Assembly (NCBI GenBank): GCA_965113315.1
Contig: OZ220369.1
Direction: 5' to 3' (one strand)
DNA from: Podarcis vaucheri
Lineage: Eukaryota
Length of the DNA stretch: 64,000 nucleotides
The position numbers and the translations under genes are program-made. Shown here piece by piece: positions 12,573 to 26,528 of the stretch. Every line of letters begins with the position of its first letter. Within the stretch, counting starts at the first letter, position 1. The notes beneath the pieces were generated by a model, which did not search any database, was not told the origin of the DNA, and saw nothing but the letters and a program-made list of their open reading frames with translations.

Positions 12573-13832
12573 TCGCCGTATACATCTTGGCCAAAGCCTA
12601 TCTGCAAAAAGCCCTCTCACACATGATGTAAAACAAGTGTACTTGTTTTGGTCTAACAAAGATCAGAGGGATGTAAAGTCTGTCAGTTGAGGCAGCCTTG
12701 TGTTTTACTGCTGCATGGCTAGGGAAGTTTATCTTAAGTTGCTTTGGCAAATGATTACCGTGGCTGCAATGAAACGCCCCCCCCCCTGATATTATGGTCT
12801 GATTACTATTAATAATAGTACTATCCCTATCCCTATTAGCTGCTGTTAATAGCTGCTATAGTTGCTGGTCTCGACAGAGGTTAACGTGTTGTTGGTATAC
12901 TAGCTGCGTTAGAGCTCCTGTCAGAAATGACTTTGTATAGGAGGCCTAAGTGAGGGAAGGGGAAAAAACGGGCTGGCTGCAGACCTTTTTTTGTTTGCCC
13001 TGCTTAATAAGCCATTTGGATCTATCAGCGCTTTATCAAGCCGCTAAACAACAGCATTTCCATGCTCAGGTTGGGAATAGGGGTGATGGTAGGAGCATTA
13101 TTTTAAAAAATAAAAAAATGAAGAATTATAGCCTATCATTTTTGCTCTCGTGCTAAAAGGGCCCTGGATTGTGATGTATCCTTGGCTCTGTCACCGTGCT
13201 AGCTGACCCTATAAGCGGGCAGGCTCTGACCACCAAATGCGAGTGGAATAAATTATCGCTGACACTCCGATATTTAATTATGCAGCTGTCAGAGCGGCCC
13301 TTTCGAAATTCATTTTAATAAAGTGGGAACTCCCCCCCCCCTTTCAAGGTGAGAGTCGGGGGAGTCACCTTCTGTGTCAGCCTGAGGTCTCTACCACAGG
13401 CTCTGCATTCTCCCCCCTCTCCTTCCTCAAAGTCTGTCACTTGGGCTGATAGAAAGACCAGATAACAGCACCAGTGTCTATTGGCCTTCTCCCTCCCCCC
13501 CCCCTCCATCCCTTTGCCTGAATGAACATCCTTCATTTAAACCCACAATAATGAGGACCTCAAAGTCAGGTAGGCAGCCACAAGGGCAGTTCGTCAGGTT
13601 TCGGGAAGCAGAGGTGGGGGTTACTGGGGGAGAGAATGGAGGGGAGAAGAGAAAGCTTATTATTATAAAATCCACTCCATGTTATAGCTGCAATATCAAA
13701 GCGATTGTGTTCAAGTCTTCATTCTGATGGATTTATCAGCAATAGTTTACATGGTATAACCAGATTTTTTTTAAAAGACCAGAAATTAAACATGGGGGGG
13801 AAATGAGGAGACCTATTCTATTGTTTAGCTGC

Positions 13833-13837
<5 letters not shown>

Positions 13838-13886
<49 letters not shown>
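13838..13886. repeat. (GA)n microsatellite
   Basis: Direct reading. Confidence 0.95.
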
Positions 13887-13888
<2 letters not shown>

Positions 13889-14496
13889 ATTTGTTCCTCT
13901 TTCTTCTTCTGCTTGCAATCGTGCAAACTAGATATGAGGGTTAAAAGACATAGGAAACTACAATGCAACACAAATTAATGTGCACAACTGAAACACTAAG
14001 AAATGTATTGTGTTGATAATTCGAATGCCCTGCCATCCTGAAGCATATTCAGATTATATAATCTTACCTGTTATTTATTAGAACTCCATATACACATATT
14101 GCATTGGTCCTTGTAGCTCCATATATGTATATTACATTGGCCCTAAATCACACATACACTGAAAGTATGGAGGGGAGAGTTGGCTGTACCTGGTGACAGA
14201 ATCCCTGATGCATCACACCCAGCCAGCCATGCCCCATCAGCACCTTCAGCAAAATGTCAGATATGTAATGCTGTATGTATGTTCTCCGTGCAATCAAGAT
14301 CACCTTTCCAGACATTATGGCTAATGAACAGATGTCAGGGATGTTGTACAACATCAGACTTGCCCTGGGAGGGGGTGTGTGTGTAGAGCATCATACAACA
14401 TTGGGACAGACCAGCAAGTACAAGCTCATTTCCCCTGCCATGCACTGAGACTTAGCATGGAAGGGACCGTACAAGTAAGATGATACATAGGATGTA

Positions 14497-14710
14497 AGAG
14501 TCAGCCAGTGGCCAGAATGCTACACAAAGATGTGGAAGACCAGATTTCAAATCCCCACTCAAAGATTAAACTCAATGAGTGACCTTTAACTAGCCACTGT
14601 TTCTCAGTCTAATCTACCTCACAGAGCTGTTGTAAAGATAATATGTGGAGAGAGAACATCATGTGAGGTGCCTTGAGCTCCTAGCAGAAAATGTGAGATA
14701 CAAATGTAGA
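14497..14710 (+). mobile_element. Degraded Squam3/MIR-like SINE
   Basis: GATTTCAAATCC B-box-like motif and CTACCTCACAGAGCTGTTGT body similar to 2520-2744. Confidence 0.5.
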
Positions 14711-14873
14711 TGTAATGATCATAATGACATGGTAGGAGTAATCAAACACCATCCCATTGTGCCTGGATTCACACTCAGTTGATCCAGATCCTCCCCCTGA
14801 ATAGCATTTTGTAGTGAATTTTAAATTGCTGTGAACTACTTTGAGAGACAATCTTTTGCATAGGATGAAATAT

Positions 14874-14928
<55 letters not shown>

Positions 14929-14929
14929 A
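14874..14929. repeat. (GAAA)n microsatellite
   Basis: Direct reading. Confidence 0.95.
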
Positions 14930-16701
14930 TGATATAGTGCAATGACACAACTTTTAATTATTATTGTTGTTTTAACACACACAACAAGCAGATTAAGTGG
15001 CATTGTTAATGAACGACACTTCTGCTGTAGGATGCAAAGTGGGGGACTTGAAGATCTCACCCTCTTTCATTCCAGTTTTACACTGCCAGGTTTCAGTAGT
15101 GACGTGTTTCATTGATTCTTGCACATTACCGTGTGTCCGGGTACTTCAGTATGCATGTCTATATAAAACAGCCTGCAAGAATTTAGTCCCTTGTGACTGA
15201 GTAATGCGAAGGGCTGTTCAACAAGCAAGTTATGTCCCCACCACAACACACTCACACACCCCAGACTGCTATCATAACATTTGTGACGGAGCCTTCAAAG
15301 TCATGCTTGCTGCTGGAGGAAGGTGATGGTCTAAAGGAAATCAATAAGGCATGCATCCCTTTTGAGCAAATGGTAGCAACATCAATTGAGAAGGAAAGGA
15401 TATTTCACATCACCTGCTAGGGTGTACTGCTTAGACAACTAGAGTTGGCTCAGCTCAAGGGATTAAGCTGACATTCTACAATGGAAACTTGGTACACACT
15501 GCAGAACGTTAACTTAAGATCATGTGTGCATCAAAATGCAGTATATAATTTCGTGCGTCTCTCTCAAGTATCCTGAGCCTAAAGACTGGTGCTCGGAAAT
15601 GTTACAAAACAAGGTATTCCAATGTTAAAATGGCCATTGGCTATTCATTATCATACCTGCCTTGGCAAACCACTTAGTTTGGTTCCTGCAATGCACTTGA
15701 TCTGGAGCTACACTTGAATATAGTCCAGTCAAATCCAAACACTGCAGCCCAGATGCTGTTTAAAGCTGGGTGCATGGAGTATCTTACTTAAGCACTGAAG
15801 ATGTGCCACTGGTTACTAGTTAATTCCTGACCAAGATGCTGGTTTTGACCATTACAACCATACATAACTTGGAGCCAGTGTGTCCTAAGGAGAACCTTGT
15901 TCCACCCAGCCCCTGTCTCTATGCCAAAATATGCAAGGGAAGCCTTGCTCTGGATACCCTTGCATTCTGAAGCTAGGGGCTGACAATCACAAAGAGCAGC
16001 AGTGAGGCTGACAGTGAAACTCATAAGAAGCAAGGACAACTATTCCTTTCTAAAAAGGCAATCAGGGCTGGCCCTACCATTAGGCAGTGTTTTGTGGTCT
16101 GGTAGTAACAGGTTTTTTAATATGAAAAACAAAACAAAACAAAACCTGAAGATTTATTTCTGAGTTTTTATTGAGTTTTATGGCATTTTATATGTGTTGT
16201 AACTGAAGATATCTCATTGCTAACTAAAAGCACTTTGATCCCAATGCGACTTCTCTGAGGATAAGAGGACCTGAGGTGATCTTTGCCAATATCCCCTCCA
16301 TCCTACCTCCCCTGCTGTTTTAAAGGGTCCCCTGACTCTCTAAAGCAATAAGAGAGGCTCCCTCCCTGTTTCGCTAGTGGGAGTTTCTGCTAAAAACTTT
16401 GGTCACTGGGAGGGACATCACTGGATGCAATTTTGCACTATGAGCTGCCAAAAGGTGCTGGTGGGCAGAAAAGGAGGCTGAAATTTTATGATTATGATGT
16501 CAATAATAATAATTACTAAATCAGTTTTGTATCATTTTGTTGTACCATAAACTGGATGTTGAGTTGCCATTTGAATGTATTTATCTATAATATTTATAGT
16601 CTGCCTTTCCTTAGAAAATGGTTTATAAAGTATGTTTTTAATGCATAAATCAACCTGTACCTAATTGTGTTTTGGGTGGGGGGGGCATTTTAAACTGGTT
16701 A

Positions 16702-16943
16702 CAGTGGTATCTTGGGTTACATACGCTTCAGGTTACAGACGCTTCAGGTTACAGACTCCACTAACCCAGAAATAGTACCTCGGGTTAAGAACTTTGCTTC
16801 AGGATGAGAACAGAAATCGTGTTCCGGCGGCACGGCGGCAGCGGGAGGCCCCATTAGCTAAAGTGGTGCTTCAGGTTAAGAACAGTTTCAGGTTAAGAAC
16901 AGACCTCCGGAACGAATTAAATACGTAACCTGAGGTACCACTG
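16702..16943 (+). mobile_element. Tigger/pogo-like MITE, short family
   Basis: CAGTGGTATCTTGGGTTAC / GTAACCTGAGGTACCACTG, TA TSD. Confidence 0.9.
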
Positions 16944-17360
16944 TACAACAGTAAGGAGTTGCATGAATGCTTGGTCCTTATAATAAAAAATATTTTCAAT
17001 TCTGTTGCCAGGGTGTGGGATGAAAGTAAAGAACCTGAATCAAGGTCTATATTGTGGATCTCAAGGCCTGATGGACTCATACAGGAGAAGACGCACCATG
17101 AGACCCCTGGGACGAGGACCATAGGTAAAAAACCAGCAAGGCCGCCAACAGCTTACAGTGACACCCAGGTTCATTGGTCAGAAGACAGGCTTCTTAACTG
17201 CTTCCCCATGCCTTGCTGTAAAACTGCTCCTGCCCTTTCTCTCACCTGCACCAGGTGAATATGCATGACCTACTTGCTGTTATGTGGAATATTCTTTTAC
17301 TGAACGTTTTGTTATAAGATCTCTCTCTCTCTTTTTTAGTAGTTCTTTTAAAGGGTAGTA

Positions 17361-17602
17361 CAGTGGTGCCTTGGGTTACATACGCTTCAGATTACATACG
17401 CTTTAGGTTGCAGACTCCGTTAACCCAGAAATAGTACCTCAGGTTAAGAACTTTGCTTCACGATGAGAACAGAAATCGTGCTCCGGCGGTGCAGCGGCAG
17501 CGGGAAGTCCCATTAGCTAAAGTGGTGCTTCAGGTTAAGAACAGTTTCAGGTTAAGAACAGACCTCCAAAACGAATTAAGTACTTAACCCGAGGTACCAC
17601 TG
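17361..17602 (+). mobile_element. Tigger/pogo-like MITE, short family
   Basis: CAGTGGTGCCTTGGGTTA / TAACCCGAGGTACCACTG, TA TSD. Confidence 0.9.
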
Positions 17603-18510
17603 TAATGTCTAACTTTATGCTTAACAAAGACAGCAAAAAATTAAAATGTTATGTAATAAAAAAATAAAGCTCCCTCAGTATAAGAAAATGTGGTAAAGAC
17701 ACCCAATTCAAAGTTTGTCAACAAATTTCAAAATGCACCTACTTGTCTTCTTTTCTTCCAGTTGCAACTGCCACTGAGCTATGGTCCCTGTTTATGGTCA
17801 CTTGGGGAAAAGCTTCAAGAACTTCACATCCTCACTCTTCTCCCAGAGGAAAGAAGAACACAACCTTTCTGAAGGCAACAAACTCCACTCCCTCCACATT
17901 TAATAAACCAGCTCCTTGCTATTATATGACATTTACTTCTGATATAAATAATTTGCCTCTTTCAGGGTTATTAATAACTGGTCCTCTCACTTCCCCAGGT
18001 CCTTAGAGGGTGTTTTTTTTAAAAAAAATCCTTGCTACAGATCAGTTCAAATACCCAACATACACAATCCTTTTCTTTCTTCACTTCTACGTATCAATGT
18101 ATTTCTGATACTAGCTATCAGTATAAGGTAGACTGTCATGCCTCTAAACTGTGTTGTTTGATAATTTCAGTTCATATTTTAGACTCTAGTGATGTTTGGT
18201 GAGTATATAAGTTCACTGAGTGCTTTTAAAATATATATATAACTTATCTATTTTAAAATAATATTTAATTTAGCCATATTTTTGTATACTGGATTTCCAA
18301 CATCTGGGGCTATGCAACAACTTAGCATATTAGCCCTAACATGGGGTCTGTTTGAGATATACTAGGGGTTATATATTAGGGGTTGTTGGTGGTTCTTTTC
18401 ATTTTGGTTATTCATTATGTATAACAACCCATTTTACTTCATTCCTAAGAAACATCATTGCATTGGTTGTATCACATCTTGACATATTAGGCTAAGAGGC
18501 TTGAGAGGTG

Positions 18511-18512
<2 letters not shown>

Positions 18513-18546
<34 letters not shown>
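18513..18546. repeat. (GT)n microsatellite
   Basis: Direct reading. Confidence 0.95.
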
Positions 18547-18548
<2 letters not shown>

Positions 18549-20336
18549 AGTTCTGACAATTCATGGGTAATTTAAATGTACTGCTTAAATAAGGCTTCTA
18601 GGGTAAAATAAAACCCACTCATTTTTTGTCACAAATTGTTGGTAGTTTCATAGTCATCTATTTGTAGGTATGTATAAAATATGTGACTCAAGACAAGGAA
18701 CTGTATATGAAAGAGAAAAACAAAGCAAAACTCCAAAACATAAGGTGGAAGCAATTTCTACTGAAAACAGCAAACATTGCATTGTTTTGTGAATTCAGGA
18801 GAAAGCATACCTTGAAATAACACAAAGATGTGAATGTGTTTTTTCAGCTTGACAGTTTCAGCCTCATGCAAATCCACATGCAATATTCCGGAAACTTTCT
18901 GATGAATGGTGCACTTGAAAGAGCATAGGTCACTGCCTTACGCATTAAGCAATATTGTTATGACAGTCTTTCTTTCCATAGATCCAAACAGATTTACAAT
19001 GTGCTTGGCGAAATTGCATTTGTCAATGATTTGGCAGGGAACAATAATTATGGAACAAAACATTAAAAAAAAAATTCCATCATATCCCCACAGCAAATCA
19101 AAGTGCTGTCGCCTGTGTCTGATGACGTGCATAGCGAGGAAGATTCACTTAAATTAACAATTTCGAAATGCACAAAATGACAATCTGAACACAATATGGG
19201 AATGGGGGAGGCGAGTGGGAAATAAGGAACTGCAAATGCATTCTGACTTTTAACTAAAAAGTCTTGGACTAACCTGGAAATGGGAGACTTTGGCCCACAA
19301 ATTCCTTCACAACTGAGTAAACTTTAAGAAATAAAAGTAGATTGAGCATCACCTTAATACCTGCTGGTGTAGTTTCCTACGCTCTGCTCAGTGGCTTGTT
19401 AAATATGAAAAGATTTGCTTTGCGAAACCACAAAGTGAAATATTGCCTTAGATGGGTTAATTGCTTATTCCTCAGCTTGCAGCCCATTCACAATCATTGA
19501 TAATAACTTGAGCACAACAATCAAATAACACTGGCAAGCACACACTGTCCCTTTGTACAAAATATAACATTAAAAGAAAGGGGTGGGGGGAGATAATTTG
19601 AGATGCAGGTACTTTTTCCTCCTGACCCTGCCTGGCTGAGAGGCAAATTACATTAGAAAATGACATGCCATTCATCTCACGAGTAGTTGCAGGAACATTT
19701 AGCTAATTAAATGATTAATAAATTTAACACTGCTTTATAATTTCATTTAGCCATGTTGGAAATCACACGGTGCGCTGCGTGTGCATTGAATGAGATTAGG
19801 TGGGAGTTGAGGGTTTCACCGGCTGCCCTGATAATTGAGATTAGTCTATTACTACAGTGACCTTTTTAACTTTTATATTCTCTTGTTAAAGTGGAATAAA
19901 ATTTTATTCACTTTTAAGGAATATTTACTTAGTGAAAATTTACATGAAATTAAAGAAACGACAAGCTTAAAAAGCTTAGTGGAGAAAACCACCTCTTATC
20001 TGTTTTATCTTCTATCTTAGCTTTTTCCCTCTGAGTTCTCTTTCATCTGCCAGAGAAGACAGAGTTGCACTTGACAGGTGTGCATACAAACCTAGAATCT
20101 CAAGAGGAAAGGGCTGGCAAGTTTTGGATCAGTTCTATGTTGGAATGGATAAATCTGTCAATTTCAGTTTCTTTTTCCCCCAATCTTAAAATTCAGTTCG
20201 CCATGTTTCTACATCAGTGTGATTTTCGTATTTTCAAAATTCTCACAAAAAATTGTCAGCATTTTGGTCTGCATTTTCCCAAATATATACAATTGGAGTA
20301 GTATACATTAACAGTAGATTATGTAATAAAATAAAA

Positions 20337-20686
20337 GAGACGCGGGTGGCGCTGTGGGTTAAACCACAGAGCCTAGAACTTGCCGATCAGAAGGTTGGCG
20401 GTTCAAATCCCCGTGACGGGGTGAGCTCCCATTGCTCGGTCCCAGCTCCTGCCAACCTAGCAGTTTGAAAGCACATCAAAGTGCAAGTAGATAAATAGGT
20501 ACCACTCCAGTGGGAAGGTAAACGGCGTTTCCATGCGCTGCTCTGGTTCACCAGAAAGTGGCTTAGTCATGCTGGCCACATGACCCGGAAGCTCTACGCC
20601 GGCTCCCTCGGCCAATAAAGCGAGATGAGCGCCGCAACCCGAGTCAGTCACAACTGGACCTAATGGTCAGGGGTCCCTTTACCTTT
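20337..20686 (+). mobile_element. Sauria SINE (Squam1), full length
   Basis: GACGCGGGTGGCGCTGTGGG A box, GGTTCAAATCC B box, (ACCTTT) tail; TSD ATGTAATAAAATA. Confidence 0.95.
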
Positions 20687-21519
20687 ATGTAATAAAATAT
20701 TGTTGGACTAGGATGTTTCAAGTGAGGAATCACATTACCTGAACTGCTTGCCCATGAAAAACACCTGACATTTAAGCCCAAGGGAGATACCTCACATGTT
20801 GAAGGCATTTAAGAAAGCATGGGACCAACTTGCTAGTCATGTTTGCAGGATCAGTACAGACCTCTGACCACCATCTCTGTGCATTCAGATTAGGTAATAT
20901 GGGTCTTCCACTCAATTGGGAATCCTGATTGCACAGGTTTCTGATGTGTGTGCAAACGCTAAGGGCTGCATGCTTAGAGGCCCCTTTCAGTTGGACCAGC
21001 CCCACCATTAGGCAGAGTACTGGGCACATACTGGGAGATGTGGGAGGGACAACAGTAGCAGCCCTCATATATTCCCCTTGAATCCTCTGGGTGTTCTCTA
21101 TCAGAAGAACTCTATCAGATGGCCTCGTAACCCACTTGCACCCACTATATTACATAGCTACCCTCAAGTGTGATGAAATTGGGCGCTGTCCTATGACCAG
21201 TGCTGAATAAGATTCAAATTCTGACTATGAAATAAGTGGGCCATTTTCTTGTATTTTGCCTATGGCAGCAAAATATGTTGGGCTGTTGTTGCATTTTAGG
21301 CATTCAACTGAATGCACAGGCATCAGGGGTGTGATCAGAGGGCTAAACCACCATTAGAGGCATGGCTTCACTGAATGTCAGTGGGCTTTTTATCTTTAGT
21401 ACTAAGTGTAAGAGTATTGTTAAGAAAACATGATGGAAGATTACAGCGTCCTTTTCCAGATCGGCAGCTGCAGACCACATTGGTACAGTTTTAGTGTACG
21501 GTCTAATGTTTGTGTATAT

Positions 21520-21851
21520 CAGAGGTGGGGAATTCCAGGCCTGAGGGCTGAATGTGGTTTTCTATCTAGCAGCTTCTCCACGGGCTACACCTCTCACTGG
21601 TGTTGCTTCATACCCTCCTTGAGCGTTTTTGTCTGGTTGAAATGTGTCCTTGAACTCTGTTAGTACTTCTTGCTTGCTGGAAGGAGGATAGAGAGATATG
21701 TGTAAGCGTGTGTATTAACTGGTCTGCAGTACAAAGGTAAAATTTACATTCATTGCTCTGCCTGCTTTTGCCTCTGGCCCTGCCTACCACCGACATTTGG
21801 GCCCCAGAAGGGAATGGGGCCCTCAGGATGAACCACATTCCCCACTCATGG
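21520..21851. mobile_element. Degraded hAT-like MITE
   Basis: Ends CAGAGGTGGGGAAT / ATTCCCCACTCATG; related reverse-oriented copy near 53605-53856. Confidence 0.45.
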
Positions 21852-24800
21852 GGCAAATAAACCTGTGCAGATCCAAAAGAATTTAGTGTGGTTATTTAAT
21901 CAGGAAGGAAAAATCTAACGTGAATAACCTTTCCCTTCTAAGGCAATCCCTCTTTTTTACACCAGGATTAGAAACACACACAGTAGCTACTTAGCCAGTT
22001 TACTTGAAACACAGAAGGAAGATAGCCAGTGTAAACATAAAGGACTGAATCCCGATAGTTTTCAGTGATTTCACATTAAGCCTTTATGACTATGTTCACA
22101 GCACCAGAAGAAATATGCACTGAGTAAATATGCACAGTAGTTTAAATTACCCAACTGAACAGCAGCTAAAACAGTGAATCCTCAATTAATACCAAGTGTT
22201 AAATTATCAGAACATTACACACAGTCAAAAAATTAACCGGTTGCTGTATTTGCATTAAAAACTGGGTGGCTGACAATCCTTCTCTTTTCCAAAAGGAAGT
22301 ACCCAGAGTTACAATTTCATTTACATGATCAATATCTGTACAGAAAGAGAGAACAGTCTATGTGCCACACAAGTATCATTCATGAGTGAGACTCCACTTC
22401 CTGAGGTTACATATGAAGTTCTAGTATGCTGAATTAGACTATGGTGGTTGGTCTAGTCTAGTACTGTATTCTATGACCCAATGACTGAGCAAGATATATT
22501 TTCCAGCTCTGCTACTATGACCCTTTTAACATGAGCTGCTGGGTGTTGAACACTGGACCAATGGCTCCTTCAAGATGTTGTTGGGCTAGAACTTCCATCA
22601 TCCTTAGCCAGCATGGCCAGTGGTCAGGGATGATGGGAGCTGCATACCAGTAACATCTGGAGAGCACTACATGGACTATCCTTATATACATGCACACCTA
22701 TCAGTCATCAATTCTGGACCTTCCTTGTGCTCAGTGGCATAAAAATGTGAATATAAAGTCCTGTCTAAGTCATATCATAACTCCAGCTAGTTCTGTATCA
22801 TCTACTGTGAATGGTAGGAACTCTTCATGGTCTAAAGCTGAGGTTTTTGGGATCCCTTTAACCAGAGTAGCCAGTTGGGACCTGCTGGTGACCCATGTGA
22901 AGCAAGTGCTCTTCCAATGAGCTATGTATCTTCTATCAGTCATTTTGCTTGGTTTCTCCCAACTCTTTATATGGTCAGTCAATCTAATAACCACTCCTGT
23001 ACGCACCAACATACATACAGCATGAGTGCATTTACAATATAATGTCTGCACAGGGCTCCTGGCAGTTGAGAAATGAAAGTATGAGATATTGTGACTTGTA
23101 CATGCACGTGTGGACCAAGGACGGAAGAGGACTCCGTCCTACTTGGATTCCGAAGTGGAGTCACCTCATGCAATCTAGACATATCATGACCCAGATCAGA
23201 TCAATGGTGCACTTCAGAATATGCAATATGATGAGGTGGTCTGTGACTTGCACATTCCCCTCCACCTCCCCAATTTTCCCAACCCTGCTGAAATAATATA
23301 TCAAGCCCAACTCAGCCTGATAAACTAGTATATTGGGCCGCCACACACTGATATACACAGAGCATGTCCCCTTGGAAGAAATAGGACTTGACAGCATTCC
23401 ATCGCTCCCATAGGGACAGGTGAAAAGACGTATCTGCCCCCATATAAACACTGGAAGGAACGAAGGTAGCACACAACCCTCAGATCACCTAAGTACTTTT
23501 AAATGTGTTTGTGGGCAGGATTTTAATGATTTTCCATTAAAAATCCACCTGGAAATGGGATGGGATGGACTTAGTTTTCTCCCCTTTGAGAAGCACGATG
23601 GACTGAATATTAATGGGTTCCTAGTGTGGATCAGCTTTAAGGCACAAGCAAAATGATTAAAAATAATAACCTGGGCTTCCATCTACCATAGAACTCTTCA
23701 AACAGCTTGTTTCTTATGTGCGATTAGAAAAGACTGTAGCTTTTATATCCTCTGACTTGGGGCAGTGACATTCAAACAGAATGTTTCCTTCAGGAAACAT
23801 GATATTTCAGACCTGTTTCCTGAAACCTGCAATTCTACAGCCTTACAAATGTCAGAGTTAATACTGTGTTTTCTATAAAAACAACAATATTCCAAAGGGG
23901 GGGTGAGCTGCCCCTAAAAATACAACTCTTACATCATGTTTGTTAAAGCCAGAAGTGCAAATACAAATTTCACACGATGGGAAGAGTGGGGAATTGTGCT
24001 GTCAGCTGAAGACATGACAGGATCTTGATAACTGTTATCCGTCCATAACTGCACACAGAAGAGTAACTAGTTTTTGTAGAAACCTGGCTTTTCAAAGCAG
24101 CCAAAATGAAGCAAAGAATGTCACTTTTAAGTACAGCCATGGAAGATCTACATCATTTTATATATCTTTATCTCCTCCACTTTTCAGCCAACACTGATTC
24201 CCGAAGTAGCAAATGACTAACATTCACAGGAAGGTATAATGTGTCAGGGATATGTGAATGCATTATTATCTCCATGTACTGTAACACTGAAGCTGGAAGT
24301 GGGACCATGCTGCGTGTTACATGGAAGCCTTTGCATGCACCACCTCCCTGAAGACATTGGTACTATGCATGCTGGGGCTGTGCACCATATTCAGAGTCTG
24401 AATCCTTAGCCAAACTGGGAGGTCCAGACCTCATTTAAGTTGGATTGAGACAGCCCTGGATCAACAAGGGTTGGGTTGAGCAGCCCAGAGCCCTCTCCTC
24501 TTTCCTTTTCCTGCCCCCAGAAGCAGCACCATGCAGGATTGGACCCTCCTGCTTAACCTAGCCTTTAATATGAGTGCATCTGACCATGTGCACCTTCATT
24601 ACTGGGTTGGCAAAGGCACCTCCCTCCCTCTAACACACACACGCGCACACACACACACACCCCCCAGTGATGGGGTTGGGTAAGAGCTTCACTGTGAATA
24701 TGAATTGAACTTTAATTATCCACATTTGATTAGATGGTCTTATTGCTGCCAACAACAAAATTCATTAATTATTAATGTGATCTGGTGTGAAAATTTAAAA

Positions 24801-26449
24801 GCTACAGTGCATTAGAATTCCCCATAAGGCAGGGTCTTCTCTGTCATACCCTGCCCAGAGAAATTCTGTCAATAGTGCCTCCCTTCTCTGATCACTCTTA
24901 GATGGCAAGTAATAACATTTCCCTCATGTGTTTTTATGATGTTTGCTGCTGCTGTCTGTTAGTTGCACTGTTTCTCTGATTTAAGCTGCAATCTCATATG
25001 TGCCTGCTCTCACTTACCTTTTGTGTACACTATCCCCTAATACACAGATTTTGTATGCATTTTCATTTTGAAAGGTGCATTACAAAATTCAGAGAAGTCC
25101 AAACTTTGAGGAATAGCAGCATTTTGGCTCACATGCTTATTCAAAAACTGCAAATTAGGGTCCAAATATAGAGCAAACATGTTTCTCCCCCATCCTTAGT
25201 TCTAAGGGCAAGAAACCTAGAAGGACTGGGAGATTTCAGTGCGGGGTACACTAGGAAGGCTTTTGGCAAGCTGGCCTCTTGATGGATCCCACTCCATATT
25301 CCTGTGCAGGTGTAAGTCTGTTTGTGTATCGCTGCCACTTGAGTATAAATAGGCTGCACATTGTATTTCTCTCATCCATCACCAGCTCTGTCAAAGTGGG
25401 TCAACTAATCCTGCTCTTCGTGACCTCTGACCAGCATGCTGAAGGGAGGCAACAAACATTCAAATGCAATGCTGAGAGAGACAAAATTGTCGAAGTAAAG
25501 CTGCCTTGTCTTCTCCAGGAGACAGCATAAAACAAACCTCTAAACACTATTAGCAGGAAGCCAGGCTGTGCAAATGAGTGGAAAACAACCGGCTCTCAGA
25601 GGCCTGTCCCTTCATGATTAATATGGTGTCAGCTGTGCCAAGTGCTCTCCCCCCCCTCACCCCAATGCAGGCATTTTATTGGTTTTTTCTCTTAAAGGCT
25701 TGAAATCAGTCATCTCATCTCAATATTGGACAGGTTTTAAAACAGCAGACACCAAGGACAAAACAGGGCTCATTCCCAAAACCTCAGAGAAGATGGAACG
25801 ACAATGGACTCAGATCAGGGTTTATAATAATCTAACTATCATGACTGAAGTCTCTCATTTTGTCAGAATCAAGGTAAAGCTAGCCATACCATACATTTGT
25901 TCAGAGAAAGAGGCTCACAAACTTCACAGCTATTTTTCTGATGGCACCAGAAAATATGAAAATCTGACAAAACAATACCAACAAGAACCACTATCTGGTT
26001 ACATAGTTCATAGAACACTGCATTGAATGTTATTGTCCTGCTATTGTTTTTATGTAAACAGCACAGAGGTTTTTATGATATTAAACAGTATAAAGTTTTA
26101 TTTAAAAAAAAAACCAGATTATAGAGAGATTCATTAAGATTTGTATAGCACTTCTGAAGCGATTCACAATACAGTTTTGTTGTACGCTGAAGACACACAT
26201 CTTTACCCTGGCCTCTGATACTTGAGAAGCATATTTTTTTCTTGTAATTAATTTGTTTTAAATTATTTTTAAAGATGTATTTTAAATTGCTGCTCCCTGC
26301 CCTAGGACCTTAGGGTGAAGGGTGGGTCATTAATAACAACTGTAACCTTTATAGATTCAGGTAGGTAGCTGTGTTGGTCTGACACAGTCAAAATAAAAAA
26401 ATAAAAAATAGTCCAGTAGCACCTTAGAGACCAACTAAGTTTGTTCTAG

Positions 26450-26487
26450 GTATAAGCTTTCATGTGCATGCCCGCTTCTTCAGATAC
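26450..26487 (-). ncRNA. Minimal type I hammerhead ribozyme motif (Penelope pLTR)
   Basis: Reverse strand reads GUAU-CUGAAGA-agcgggcaugcacau-GAAA-GC-UU-AUAC; core intact, stem II mutated. Confidence 0.55.
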
Positions 26488-26491
26488 TGGT

Positions 26492-26528
26492 TATCTGAAG
26501 GAGTGTGCATGCACATGAAAGCTTATAC
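26492..26528 (+). ncRNA. Minimal type I hammerhead ribozyme motif (Penelope pLTR), core variant
   Basis: UAU-CUGAAGG-agugugcaugcacau-GAAA-GC-UU-AUAC; stem II GUGUG/CACAU intact, one core change. Confidence 0.5.

Noticed and set aside
18150-18500. Possible L1 3' remnant on the minus strand (AKL..RCWKS-like)
   Set aside because: Too degraded to support
20337-20420. tRNA gene (A and B boxes)
   Set aside because: It is the tRNA-derived head of a Sauria SINE, followed by SINE body, tail and TSD; the same applies to the other copies
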